Source of the DNA: Lingula anatina
Lineage: Eukaryota > Animalia > Brachiopoda
Direction of reading: 5' to 3'
DNA length: 64,000 nucleotides
NCBI GenBank assembly: GCA_051362555.1
Contig: CM120645.1
Location: 15,934,001 to 15,998,000, forward strand
The position numbers were made by a program, and so were the translations under genes. The notes beneath the pieces were generated by a model that saw only the letters and a program-made list of their open reading frames with translations, searched no databases and had not been told where the DNA came from. This document shows, piece by piece, positions 63,911 to 64,000 of the stretch; position 1 is the stretch's first letter, and each line of letters starts with the position of its first letter.

Positions 63911-64000
63911 AAAGAAGAATCACATTCAAGTACAGTTTCTTTCAGCTCTACTGTGTAAAAAGAAAACCCGAGAAACAAACCTTAATTCTCTCAGCATCTC

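Overview
AT-rich, intron-containing DNA from an invertebrate animal; the species cannot be determined from the window. Protein-coding content: (1) the first two coding exons of TBC1D30 on the minus strand, separated by a 16.5-kb intron full of MITEs; (2) a minus-strand SLC9B/NHA (CPA2 Na+/H+ antiporter) locus. Its two complete transporter units can be spliced in phase into one 21-exon, ~1345-aa protein joined by a poly-Glu and poly-His linker, and both units carry EN in place of the canonical DD ion-binding motif; (3) a 3-exon plus-strand gene for a secreted ~789-aa FG-GAP/VCBS-repeat plus HEXXH zinc-metallopeptidase protein with a bacterial-looking architecture. RNA genes: tRNA-Arg(TCG) and five tRNA-Glu. 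The most striking mobile-DNA feature is a full-length U6 snRNA fused to a 5'-truncated RTE-X-like LINE. One 7-bp target-site duplication (TSD) brackets the whole chimera, and a Kolobok-like TTAA transposon later interrupted it; removing that transposon restores an 807-codon ORF whose ATG lies inside U6. Many non-autonomous DNA transposons (Harbinger-like, hAT5-like, P-like, EnSpm-like, HINE-like), minisatellites and microsatellites are also present. All exon structures are read from GT-AG sites and reading-frame phase by eye and have no transcript support here.
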